A DNA stretch of 64,000 bases from Spirochaetia bacterium (GTDB taxonomy: Bacteria; Spirochaetota; Spirochaetia; CADAEX01), in contig OY759746.1 of assembly GCA_963662795.1 (NCBI GenBank), forward strand, positions 3,488,001-3,552,000, in the 5' to 3' direction. A program made the translations under genes and the position numbers. A model generated the notes under the pieces. It did no database searches. It worked only from the letters and a program-made list of their open reading frames with translations, and was not told where the DNA came from. Of this stretch, positions 28,584-38,515 are shown in pieces; position 1 is the first letter of the stretch; every line of letters starts with the position of its first letter.

Positions 28584-29566
28584 AAAAATATAAAAAATTC
28601 TTTATGTTTCTTGATAATTTCAGAAAAATTATCATTACTTCACATGAAAACCCGGATGCTGATGCAATAGGCAGTGAATATGCCATATGCCTGCTGCTTA
28701 AGAAGCTTGGATACAATGCTGCAATTATGACATGTGAAGAAATACCGGAAAAATATAACTTTATAAACATTGGAAATTATATCAATGTTTACTCACGTGA
28801 AAATATAATTAATGAAGATCTTTCCGATGCTGCCCTGGTTGTTCTGGATACAAATACACCGACAAATACCGGGTATATTTATAATTTAATTAAGGATTTT
28901 GTTAAAGATATCTTTATAATTGACCACCATGAAATAGATGAAAATATTTTTAATAAAGAAAAAAGTATTATAGATGAAAATTCTTCATCCACATGTGAAA
29001 TTTTGTTTAATATTTTTAAATACTGCCGTGTAGATATTGATTTTCCTGCGGCCCAGGCAATTTATGCAGGGATACTCTACGATACCGGTTCTTTTATATA
29101 TCCAAAAACAAGCAGCAAGACACTGGAAATTGCTTCAATTCTGGTGAAAAAAGGGGTAATTCCAAAGAATGTTTATTCCAACCTGTATGAGATGAACAGC
29201 CTTTCATCCCTGCGGCTTCAGTCAAAAGTATTTTCAGAAATAGAGTTTTATCACTATAACAAAATTGCACTACAGGTTATGCTGAAAAAGACTTTGGAAT
29301 ATTTTAAAGCAAATTATGAAGATGGAGATAATATTATTAATCTGCCTTTGAAATGTAAAGATATTCTGGTATCAGTTTTTTTTAAAGAAAATTATAATGG
29401 GATATTAAGATGCTCTATCAGATCAAAAAATAATATTGATGTAGTTGGAATTGCTAAAAAATACGGCGGCGGCGGCCATACTACTGCAGCAGGTTTTAAA
29501 TGCAAGGAATCTCTTGAAATTGTTAAGGAAAAAGTGCTAAAAGAAATTATTCAATTGCTTGGCTAA
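28580..29566 (+). CDS. DHH/DHHA1 phosphoesterase (NrnA/DhhP-like)
   Basis: SHENPDADAIGS, VLDT, IIDHH, DTGSF, SIRS, GGGGHTTAAG. Confidence 0.92.
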   Translation: MKKYKKFFMFLDNFRKIIITSHENPDADAIGSEYAICLLLKKLGYNAAIMTCEEIPEKYNFINIGNYINVYSRENIINEDLSDAALVVLDTNTPTNTGYIYNLIKDFVKDIFIIDHHEIDENIFNKEKSIIDENSSSTCEILFNIFKYCRVDIDFPAAQAIYAGILYDTGSFIYPKTSSKTLEIASILVKKGVIPKNVYSNLYEMNSLSSLRLQSKVFSEIEFYHYNKIALQVMLKKTLEYFKANYEDGDNIINLPLKCKDILVSVFFKENYNGILRCSIRSKNNIDVVGIAKKYGGGGHTTAAGFKCKESLEIVKEKVLKEIIQLLG

Positions 29567-31094
29567 AAAAATGAACAAAAACCCCGGACACATTATATTA
29601 AATTTATTATTATTATTTTTATTTATCTCCTGTGGTGAAAAAGCTGCATCCAGACATGATGGTCTGCCTAAAACAGTAATACCTGTTGTATCAAGGGATT
29701 CAGAAACAAGCGCAGAAATAAAGGATAAAAATGCCTTTAAAGGGGAGACACTTCCGCAACCCAGGATAAACATTGGAAGCGGCAATTCTGTTCTTTACAT
29801 CAAGAATATCAACCTTGACTTTGATGTTGAAGATGAACAGGTTATAGTTGCAGCCCCAAGAGATGTCAAACAGAATTTAAAAATAATGGTACTTGATTTT
29901 GATTCAGTCAGAAATAAATATATTATTACCTGGGAAACTGAAAAAACAAATATAAATCACAGGTCCATCGCTGTATCATATATTGATACTGTCGGAGACC
30001 ATAATCTTGAAATAGTTTTTTCAGCAATTTCACTGGATAATAATCATCATATTGATATTTTCAGGAAAACGCACTCTCCATCCGGAATCAGATTGTACTA
30101 TGAATCTATATGCAGCATTGAACTGAACGGGCAGATAGAATTGATTGAGAAAGAAAGAAGTCAGGCATATAATCTTGGCCAGAAAAACGGAATCAGCTTT
30201 CCCGTAATTACCTATCAGGAAAACAATATAAGTCCGGATGAGGGGCAGAAACTGCTTAAAACAACTTATATGTGGAATTATCAGGCCAATAAATACATAA
30301 ATGCCTTTCAGGAAAATATTCCGGCAGAAGTACTGGAAGAACAAAAAATAAATAAAATGTTTTTTGACGGAATTGATGCATATAAAACCTTTCTCGAAGG
30401 ACAGTGGTATAATGTCGACTCTGACGAATTAATTATACGTTTCAACAAAAATGAGAATGAAATTTCTTTCTTTACTTCTGATATCCTTGAAATATACAAG
30501 TGGTCGGAGTTCAACTATTCACGATTAAATAAAACAATAGATATTTACGCAAGAAATGATTTGATTCATTTTATTACAAAACGCATATCACTTAAAATTG
30601 AAAATATGAACCGAATTAAAATAGAGGTCAAGGACAGGGAAAACCCCAAGGACATTGACCAGATGAACGGGTTTTATGAAAGAATATCTGAAGATGTTAT
30701 CTCATCAATTTATAACAGCAGAGAAAATAAATCTGAGCAGGTGATACTTTCCGGTGAATATTCCGGCAGCAGCGGAACAATCTCATTCAATGGACATTAT
30801 TTTACCATGAATTCAGCTGATACGGTAAAAAAGGGGATTTTCTCCATTTACAATTATAATAAGGAATTAATACTTGAACTGCGCGTAATTGACGATAATT
30901 ATTTGTTAAAAGAAACCCTGCTTTTCAAGCTCTCTTATGATAAAAAGGATATGGAACAGACTATCATAAACCGTATTCTGCTTACAAAGGGAATTGTTAC
31001 TGCTGATACTTTCAAAACATCAGGTGAAGATCAGCTGCAGTTTATTCAGACTATAGAAAAAAATACAACTTCGGCAGTCAATCAAAAATCATAA
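29559..31094 (+). CDS. Lipoprotein, pallilysin (TP0751)-related adhesin family
   Basis: Lipobox LFISC; 'NLDFDVEDEQVI' and 'SYIDTVGDHNLEIVF' resemble the family; same operon as the vWA gene. Confidence 0.6.
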   Translation: MAKKMNKNPGHIILNLLLLFLFISCGEKAASRHDGLPKTVIPVVSRDSETSAEIKDKNAFKGETLPQPRINIGSGNSVLYIKNINLDFDVEDEQVIVAAPRDVKQNLKIMVLDFDSVRNKYIITWETEKTNINHRSIAVSYIDTVGDHNLEIVFSAISLDNNHHIDIFRKTHSPSGIRLYYESICSIELNGQIELIEKERSQAYNLGQKNGISFPVITYQENNISPDEGQKLLKTTYMWNYQANKYINAFQENIPAEVLEEQKINKMFFDGIDAYKTFLEGQWYNVDSDELIIRFNKNENEISFFTSDILEIYKWSEFNYSRLNKTIDIYARNDLIHFITKRISLKIENMNRIKIEVKDRENPKDIDQMNGFYERISEDVISSIYNSRENKSEQVILSGEYSGSSGTISFNGHYFTMNSADTVKKGIFSIYNYNKELILELRVIDDNYLLKETLLFKLSYDKKDMEQTIINRILLTKGIVTADTFKTSGEDQLQFIQTIEKNTTSAVNQKS

Positions 31095-32136
31095 AGCTTT
31101 CGATACTGTTGTGTTTTAAAATCATATTTATATTTTCAGCATCTGACTCAGTTTTGGCCGGAACAAGAACCTTGTAATATTTGGTTCCTTCTTTAATATA
31201 TTCCCTGATAATTCCGGAAAGTCCTGCTGATCCAATTTTTTTTATCATATTGGATGCGTTAGCTTCAGAATTATAGACCCCTGTCTGGATAAAGGCATAG
31301 TATTCTCTTTCTGTTTTTACCTTGCCCGTGTTTTCGAATAATACAAGCGGTGTAACCGGATATGAATAAATATCCAGTTCATCTACAGCTTTTTTGCCAT
31401 ATTTTCGGATAATTATATCTTTTGCCTTATTCTTCAGATTTTCAAGGTTATACATGAGTGATATTTTATAAACAGCAGACGCAGTAATTCCTCCTGATTT
31501 TTCATCAAGTATACCGGCAAATATTTTTTCAGCTTTAAGCGAGTCTCCGCGAATCAGGGAAATATAAGCAATAATTAATAAACCTTTCTGTTTTTCTTCA
31601 TTCTTCTTTGATTTATCAATGACAAAGTCTGCAAGATATATACTTTTTTCAATATTTCCGGTTTCAAGATTCAGAACTGCAGAATCAAGCAGGAGCGGCA
31701 GGTTTTCTTCAACAGGGTTGGTATTATAGGCAGATTCATAATAATCCCCTGCCCTGTCTATCATACCTGCCAGCTGCATCAGAAGAGCAGTTTTTTTTAT
31801 CAGAATTGTTCTTTTAACATTATCAGATATTAGCGGAATTTTTCTTTCTTCCGTATTGATTACTCTGATTATATTATTATCAAGCGATAGTATTTTATCA
31901 AGTACATTAAACAGCTCATTTTCATCTGTGGTTTTATCAGAAAGCTGATATAACATTTTAATTGATTTTTCTGTTTCTCCTTTTTTTTCCAGCTGCAAAA
32001 CATCTGAAAAAGTTTGTGCAAAAGCTGCCGGAATGGTCTGAAACAATAATATCAGCAATGATATACGGATTAAATTCCGGATATATGTCTGTGAAAGATT
32101 ATTTTTACAGGAAATCTTCTGGTTTATCATTATCAT
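31078..32136 (-). CDS. Exported TPR + C-terminal SPOR domain protein
   Basis: Signal peptide, helical repeats, C-terminal 'FIQTGVYNSEANA...YYKVLVP' SPOR pattern. Confidence 0.75.
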   Translation of the reverse strand: MIMINQKISCKNNLSQTYIRNLIRISLLILLFQTIPAAFAQTFSDVLQLEKKGETEKSIKMLYQLSDKTTDENELFNVLDKILSLDNNIIRVINTEERKIPLISDNVKRTILIKKTALLMQLAGMIDRAGDYYESAYNTNPVEENLPLLLDSAVLNLETGNIEKSIYLADFVIDKSKKNEEKQKGLLIIAYISLIRGDSLKAEKIFAGILDEKSGGITASAVYKISLMYNLENLKNKAKDIIIRKYGKKAVDELDIYSYPVTPLVLFENTGKVKTEREYYAFIQTGVYNSEANASNMIKKIGSAGLSGIIREYIKEGTKYYKVLVPAKTESDAENINMILKHNSIESFMIFD

Positions 32137-32407
32137 TTTTTTTATTCTTGAATAATTTTAACTTTTTTTCCTTTTTTGCATCTTTTTTAATTTCGGCAGT
32201 TTTCCCGCTTTTTTTCGCAGAAAACAGGACAAAAGGGAAAACTATGACTGCACCTGCAATAAAAGAGAGGGAAATTGTCAAAAAAACCGGAATATCTTTT
32301 AAAACAGTAAAACCAAAAGAAATGTCAGAAACATTTTTAATGTTTAAACCTGCAAATACAGCCTGAATAAGTATGATTGCAATTATTAATATCAGTTTTG
32401 ATTTCAT
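32105..32407 (-). CDS. LapA-family small membrane protein
   Basis: Two TM helices, 'N...SDISFGF....IPVFLTI..SF..G', basic tail. Confidence 0.7.
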   Translation of the reverse strand: MKSKLILIIAIILIQAVFAGLNIKNVSDISFGFTVLKDIPVFLTISLSFIAGAVIVFPFVLFSAKKSGKTAEIKKDAKKEKKLKLFKNKKNDNDKPEDFL

Positions 32408-33705
32408 TACTCTATCAACTCCCCAATAAAAGTATTTCCCTTCAGGGAAATTATTTTAACATTATTGAATTCACCTATTTTATCATGTTTACCGGCAAAT
32501 ACAATCATTTCATCTGATTCAGTTCTTCCCAAAAGTTCTTTTTTACTGTTTTTTGAATAATCTTCAGCCAGAACTTTAACAGTTTGTCCCAATTTGTTTT
32601 TCCTCAGTTCCAATGAGATTTTTTTCTGCAGTTCAATAATTCCGGACAGTCTCTCCAGTTTTACTTCCATTTCAATTTCATTGGGGAAATTATACGCCTG
32701 TGTCCCTATCCTGGGATTGTAATAATAGGTAAAAGCATCAGAAAATCTTACTCTTTGCATCATTTCACAGGTCAGTTTAAAATCATCTTCTGATTCACCG
32801 GGAAATCCTGTAATTATATCGGTTGTAATTGATACCTCCGGTATAATACTTTTAATATTCTCAACAAGCTCAAGGTAATCTTTTGTATTATAGCGTCTGT
32901 TCATCAATGAAAGAATATTGTCAGAACCGCTTTGAAGCGGCAAATGGATGTGGCTGCAGATATTTGCTGATGCTGCAATTGTTTCAATCAGTTTGGGACT
33001 TAAATCTTTAGGATGAGAAGTAAGAAACCGAATCCATTCAATTGATTTTACTCTTGATGATATTTCTGAAATTAAATCAGGAAAATCAATTAATCTGCTG
33101 TTTTCAATATATGTATAGGAATTAACATTTTGCCCAAGAAGGGTTATTTCTTTTGTTTTATTTATTTCAAGAGTTTCAAGTTCCCTGTAAATATCAACAG
33201 GGTTCCTTGAGATTTCACGGCCTCTTACATAAGGGACAATACAATAACTGCAAAAATTATTGCATCCGTTCATTATTGGGATAAATGATTTGAAAGAATC
33301 CTTTCCTGTATGATTCTTTTTGAATTTATAAATTCCGTTTTCATAAGATTTTACAATATTTTTTTCTTCGATAAAATCAGCAATTTTATCCTTGTCAAAA
33401 GTTCCGAAAACTTCATCCACAGGAGATTTTTTTTCTTTAAGCTGATCCCCAAGTCTTTCTGCCATACAGCCTGTTATGATAAGCTTCTGATCAGGATTGT
33501 CTTTTTTTATCTTTTTAAAAAAACCAATTCTTCCCCATATCCTGTCTTCCGCAGTTTTTCTGACTGAACAGGTATTTATTATTACAAGCGATGCGTTTTC
33601 AGGAACACGGGCTTCTCTCCATCCGTTTCCAATAAGTTCAAGTTCAAGTGCATCAGATTCAGCTTTATTCATCTGACAGCCGTAAGTTTCAATCCAGTAT
33701 TTCAT
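32407..33705 (-). CDS. miaB: tRNA 2-methylthio-N6-dimethylallyladenosine synthase
   Basis: TYGCQMN..ES, NTCSVR..AE, GCNNFCSYCIVPYVRGRE, TRAM-like C-terminus. Confidence 0.95.
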   Translation of the reverse strand: MKYWIETYGCQMNKAESDALELELIGNGWREARVPENASLVIINTCSVRKTAEDRIWGRIGFFKKIKKDNPDQKLIITGCMAERLGDQLKEKKSPVDEVFGTFDKDKIADFIEEKNIVKSYENGIYKFKKNHTGKDSFKSFIPIMNGCNNFCSYCIVPYVRGREISRNPVDIYRELETLEINKTKEITLLGQNVNSYTYIENSRLIDFPDLISEISSRVKSIEWIRFLTSHPKDLSPKLIETIAASANICSHIHLPLQSGSDNILSLMNRRYNTKDYLELVENIKSIIPEVSITTDIITGFPGESEDDFKLTCEMMQRVRFSDAFTYYYNPRIGTQAYNFPNEIEMEVKLERLSGIIELQKKISLELRKNKLGQTVKVLAEDYSKNSKKELLGRTESDEMIVFAGKHDKIGEFNNVKIISLKGNTFIGELIE

Positions 33706-35721
33706 TTTTTATGCTGCTACCTCTTAACTTTTCATCAATATACGATCTGATAACTGACCAGTTATTCTCTTTCGGGATGAGAATCCAGGCACCAAGATCA
33801 AAGTTTTCATCAACATCTTCTTCAGTCAATCCAAGGTATAACAGGTTGGAATAAGTCTGTTCAAGGACATTTTGAGTCGATATTACCGTCTTGGTGATTT
33901 TTTTTATATTTTTAACATCATTTATTATATTTAATGCTTCAGGTATAGTCATGTCTGTATCAAGATACAAAATAACTGTTTTCAGAATATCATATATCTG
34001 ATTGATATTTTTCACAGACAATCCGGATATTTTTTTCATTAATGATTCAATTATTTTCTGCTGACGCTCATCCCGTGAAAATACCGGTGTAAAATGACGC
34101 GCTCTTGCAATTCTCAGGGTTTCAATGCCGTTAAAATGATAATTACCTTTTTTATAGTATAAAGTCGACCACACACCATTATTCCTTACTTTATAGGTAG
34201 GATCTACAAGATCTTCTTCAAGGGTAATATCAATACCCCCCACAATGTTTACAACATCTATAAAGGCATACATATCGACAATTACATATCTTTCTATATC
34301 AAGCCCCGTAATATCTCCAATTATTTCAGCGAAACGCTTTCCGCCAAAAGTTTGATAATAATTGTTGATTTTTCTACCCCGGTAAAACATGTCCCTGGGA
34401 ATGCTTATAAGGTTTAATGTCTGACGCGAATAGTCTATTGTTGCAGCAATAATTGTATCTGCGTTTCTTTCATGAGTACCGCAGATAAGAAAGCTTGAAT
34501 AATTGTTTTTGGAAAAATCGGTAAAAAGAGAATTATTCAGATTTTTTTTTTTGAAACCGCATCTGTTGTAATGCTGCTTATTCCGAACGATTTGATTGAG
34601 GAAACCGGTACTTCATCAAAATCAGTCAGATATATGGTGCCGGAAATTTTATGGATTGCAAAAGAGCCTATAAGTACTGTCCGGTCTTCAAGTTTTCGGA
34701 TATCAAAATATTGATAATCAGCGTCTTCTCGCGGGTCTTCTGCTATGTAAAACCCTTTGTCTTCAAGATATGCCTTGAATGACGGATCATTTATCATTCT
34801 GCTTATATCGTCAAAAGATTTTTTTACCATTTTTTCTTCATCGGTTTTTATGTCAATAACATCTTTAATATTTCTTATTGCAATTTTAAAATCCTCTGTA
34901 TTATCAAAAGCAATATCATTCAGTACAATTTTTTTATTTTTATAAGAATATGATACTTCACCGACAGTCTGCCCCGTCTCCCTGTTTAAATTGTATAATT
35001 TAATTATTAAATCTTCATCATTTTCGACTGGAGTAGAAGGAACCGCATAAATCTTATCTTTTGATAATATTTTTTTTATTTCAGTAGATTCGATAAAAGC
35101 CCTGGTTTTTGCTTTAACAGATAAAGATTCTGCAAATGAAGTTTCAATCTCATTAAAAGACAGTTTAATAAAATCCTTGAAACTTTTTTCAATTCCTGCA
35201 TCAATATATTTTTCAAAGGGGAAAGAAGATATTTTTATCTGGTCCGAACTGCTGTCAATTGTCAGTTTATAGTAAGCTTCGCCGTTTTTCTTCAAATAAA
35301 AAGTGACATCATCAGAGATGCTGTCCTGATCAATAATCAGGTTATAGCTATCGAGATACCCTTTCATTGAATCCAGATATTTTTTCAGTGTATTCGTGAG
35401 GTTTTGTTTTTTGTAATCTGAATAAAGTTTTTCAAAAGCGCTGTAGTATGCCTCATATCCGTAAGCCCTGTCATTAAGCTCGTTTTTGTTTTCAGTACCA
35501 GTATTCAATTCAGAAACAAAGGCTGGAGGAAATCCAAGAACTTCTCTTAACAAGTTTATTTCATCAGATGTTTTTATCAGCGTATTTCTTATATCTTCAT
35601 TTCCTGTTATGTGTTTTTCAAGCTTCCCTGTTTTATTAATAACAATAAATAACAAGGTGAAATTGAGCAGAGCGAGAAAAATAAGAAGTATTATTATATA
35701 GGATTTTCTTATAAAAAACAC
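33689..35721 (-). pseudogene. LCP (LytR-CpsA-Psr) family protein split by a 1-nt frameshift in an A11 tract
   Basis: The upstream ORF (TM + large periplasmic domain, probable GTG 35721) stops right after A11. The -1 frame continues FLICGTHERNADTII...LISIPRDMFYRG into ORF 33689-34390 (KIN..Y, VGGIDI, LRIARAR, RDERQQ). Confidence 0.8.
34542..34552 (-). repeat. A11 slippery tract at the LCP frame break
   Basis: T11 on the plus strand; coding strand reads TCA AAA AAA AAA ATC TGA. Confidence 0.9.
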
Positions 35722-35722
35722 T

Positions 35723-36982
35723 TTAATGTCTGAAGCTCCTCTGTCCTGTAAAAACCATTGCAGCATTTTTTTCATTGCATGCTTCAATTACTTCAAAGTC
35801 CCTCAGCGATCCGCCCGGCTGTACAACAGCGGTGATTCCTTCATTAAGACCAACATCAACCCCGTCCCGGAACGGGAAAAAAGCATCTGAGACCATTACG
35901 CTTCCTTTAAGCCCTCCGTTTACAGCTGCTGTCTCTGCAATTATCTCTTCTCTTTTAACCCTGTCTTCAAGAAGATTCCAGGGGGTACTGTACTTTTTCC
36001 AGGAAAGTCTGTCCCAGGTTTTTCTGTATGCTTTGTCACGGGCAATCTCGGCGACTCCGACGCGGTCCTGTTCACCTGTACCGATACCAACCGTTGCTCC
36101 GTCTTTAACATATATAACAGAATTGCTGGTTATTCCGCTTTCAACAAGCCAGCCGAACAGAAGATCATCATATTCTTTTTCTGTAGGTGCTCTCAGTATT
36201 TTATATTCCCTGTTTTTCCAGGTACAGTTTGCCGGAAGAAAATCTTCTTTTCTTCTTGTCAAAGGCATATATGAGAGCTGGGTAATCAATGAACCGTCAA
36301 TTAATGATTTAAAATCAATAACACGTTCACCTGCAAAATTATGTAATTTTTCGATATTTTTAATTTCCATTACCCTTATATTCTTTTTACCCTTTAATAC
36401 ATCAATAACCCCTTCTTCATAAGCGGGGGCAGCAACAACCTCGAAATAACTTTCAGTCAAAAGCAATACAGTTTCCATATCAAGCGGCCTGTTTAATACA
36501 ATAGCACCGCCGAAAGCGGCAACCCTGTCGGCCATTAGCGCTTTTGTAAAAGCTTCTGCATTTGAATCGCCTTTTGCTGCACCGCAGGGATTATTGTGCT
36601 TTACAACTACACAGCAGGGAGAATCGTGAAAATATCTTAATATGTTAAGAGCATTGTCAACATCAGTGATATTTGTCTTTCCTGGATGTTTTCCGGACTG
36701 CAGCAGTTTGATGTCTGAAACCAGATATTTACCAGGCAGGATTGTCGATACTTCACCTATAGTTATATTTCCATTTACCAGTTTATAAAATGATGCCTCC
36801 TGACAGGGATTTTCCCCGTATCTTAAGCCTTTTTTTTCATTATCAATGGTCCATTCTATTTTTTCATATAACATAGATTGTCTGTCATTGTTATCATCAT
36901 AAAAAGATATTTCCATTTTTGACGGGAATCTGTCCTTGTGCAGTGTATGGTATATTTTCTTGATGTCTTCTTTTCCCATCAT
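35723..36982 (-). CDS. purH: Stand-alone AICAR transformylase (PurH C-terminal part)
   Basis: LRYGENP.Q, VKHNNPCG, AFGG, TSNSV, SDAFFPFRDG, QPGGSLRD, FTGQRSFRH. Confidence 0.9.
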   Translation of the reverse strand: MMGKEDIKKIYHTLHKDRFPSKMEISFYDDNNDRQSMLYEKIEWTIDNEKKGLRYGENPCQEASFYKLVNGNITIGEVSTILPGKYLVSDIKLLQSGKHPGKTNITDVDNALNILRYFHDSPCCVVVKHNNPCGAAKGDSNAEAFTKALMADRVAAFGGAIVLNRPLDMETVLLLTESYFEVVAAPAYEEGVIDVLKGKKNIRVMEIKNIEKLHNFAGERVIDFKSLIDGSLITQLSYMPLTRRKEDFLPANCTWKNREYKILRAPTEKEYDDLLFGWLVESGITSNSVIYVKDGATVGIGTGEQDRVGVAEIARDKAYRKTWDRLSWKKYSTPWNLLEDRVKREEIIAETAAVNGGLKGSVMVSDAFFPFRDGVDVGLNEGITAVVQPGGSLRDFEVIEACNEKNAAMVFTGQRSFRH

Positions 36983-37034
36983 TTACTCCGTATTTTTATT
37001 GCAAATCGAATAATCGGTTTTTATTACAAGCAGA

Positions 37035-37721
37035 TTAATGAATTTCATAGCATTTTTCAACATCGCTGATATCAAGCTGCAGTAAATATTCAGAAATTGT
37101 TTTATCATAAAAAGCTGTATGCTTAAAAGTTTTTTGAGCCATAATGAATCGGGTTTTTAAAGATATTTTACCGCCGCTTTTCTCCATTTCATCAGAGAGA
37201 TTGCTGTAAAGAGAAGGATCGCATACAGAGACAACCCTGTGAAAATTTTTGGCGGAAGCGCGCAGCATACAGGGTCCTCCAATATCAATATTGGCTCTGG
37301 CTTCTTCGGTGGTTGCTGTTTTTAAACTTATGGTTCTGCTGAAAGGATATAAATTGACAATTATCATGTCAAATTCGACCGAATTTATCCTTTCAAGATC
37401 TTTTTTATGTTCCATATTGTATTTTTCACTTAAAATTCCGGTATATATCCTGAAATCAAGGGTTTTAACAAGTCCTCCCTGCATTTCCGGTTGTTTTGTA
37501 TAATCTGATATCTGAATCAGATTATACCCTTCTTTTATCCCGGGAATATCTGAAAGATATTTATAGGTTCCGCCTGTTGAGTAAAAAATTATAGAAGGAT
37601 TTACTAAAATCATTTTTTTTACAAAAACATCAAGTCCGGTTTTATCAGATACACTAACCAGAATATTGCGGACAGCAACACTGTTGTCAATTTCCTTAAC
37701 TATATTTAAAGCCATTTCCAT
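37035..37721 (-). CDS. Stand-alone IMP cyclohydrolase (PurH N-terminal MGS-like domain)
   Basis: LVSVSDKTGL, STGGT, PEM.GG.VKTL, VNLYPF, NIDIGGP.MLRASAKN. Confidence 0.88.
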   Translation of the reverse strand: MEMALNIVKEIDNSVAVRNILVSVSDKTGLDVFVKKMILVNPSIIFYSTGGTYKYLSDIPGIKEGYNLIQISDYTKQPEMQGGLVKTLDFRIYTGILSEKYNMEHKKDLERINSVEFDMIIVNLYPFSRTISLKTATTEEARANIDIGGPCMLRASAKNFHRVVSVCDPSLYSNLSDEMEKSGGKISLKTRFIMAQKTFKHTAFYDKTISEYLLQLDISDVEKCYEIH

Positions 37722-37825
37722 TCCTTCCCAAATAATTCAATGAACATTATATTAAATCAAAACTCAAATCAAGTTAATCAGCGTGACAATCATGTGATAA
37801 ATATAGTTTCATTATAAGCAGTTAC

Positions 37826-37854
37826 TTGATAAAAGGTTTTTCAGGTGATATCCT
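37826..37854 (+). promoter_or_regulatory. Putative sigma70 promoter for the OMP-lipoprotein pair
   Basis: TTGATA-N17-TATCCT with extended TG. Confidence 0.55.
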
Positions 37855-37880
37855 TTGGAAAAATATTCTGGAGAAATTAA

Positions 37881-38504
37881 TTGAAAATTAAAAAATATTC
37901 AATCGTTATAATAATATTATTGTTGATTTTTTCTTTTGCTGATCTTTGGGCGCAGGAAGGGGAACAGCCTGCTGATGAAGAAAACTTTGAATATGTTTAT
38001 GGACTCGGTGACCAGATTTTTACGATAAAAGCCGGTCTTATATTTCCACTGTATTTGATGTCTCCCGATTTTAATTTCGCATCAACCAATCTTTCAATGG
38101 GCGGAGCAGGCTCTCTTGAATGGAGCGCATTTATAAACAGCCGCCTTGCTCTGGGCGGGGAGTTCGGCGGAATGTTCGCATTCAGCCCTAATGACAGGGT
38201 TTTATACATGATGCCGCTTACTTTCAAGGTCAGCTATTTTTATCGGAAATATCCGTTTGAATTTCCGATTTACTGCGGAGCAGGAATATCTTTCAACAGC
38301 ATTGATGACGCATTTCATCTTGATTTTATCTTGAAACCAGGCGCGTCTGTCCTCTGGAATTTCAATTCCGAGTGGGCTTTTGGTTTTAACCTTGTATACT
38401 GGTGGGTACCGCAGATTTATACAGGGAACGGAGATGTTCCGGCAAGCCACACAAGATTCGGCAACTTTCTTGAAACAACAATGTCGGCACTTTTTCATTT
38501 TTAA
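37881..38504 (+). CDS. Small outer-membrane beta-barrel (TP0733/OmpW-OprG-like)
   Basis: Signal peptide, about 8 amphipathic strands, aromatic girdles, C-terminal F; TTG start with GGAG RBS. Confidence 0.75.
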   Translation: MKIKKYSIVIIILLLIFSFADLWAQEGEQPADEENFEYVYGLGDQIFTIKAGLIFPLYLMSPDFNFASTNLSMGGAGSLEWSAFINSRLALGGEFGGMFAFSPNDRVLYMMPLTFKVSYFYRKYPFEFPIYCGAGISFNSIDDAFHLDFILKPGASVLWNFNSEWAFGFNLVYWWVPQIYTGNGDVPASHTRFGNFLETTMSALFHF

Positions 38505-38515
38505 CAGGGGAATTT

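Noticed and set aside
33689-34390. Independent 233-aa LCP gene starting at ATG 34390
   Set aside because: The ATG lies inside the LCP domain, immediately after SIPRD, and there is no TM or signal. It is the 3' half of the frameshifted gene.
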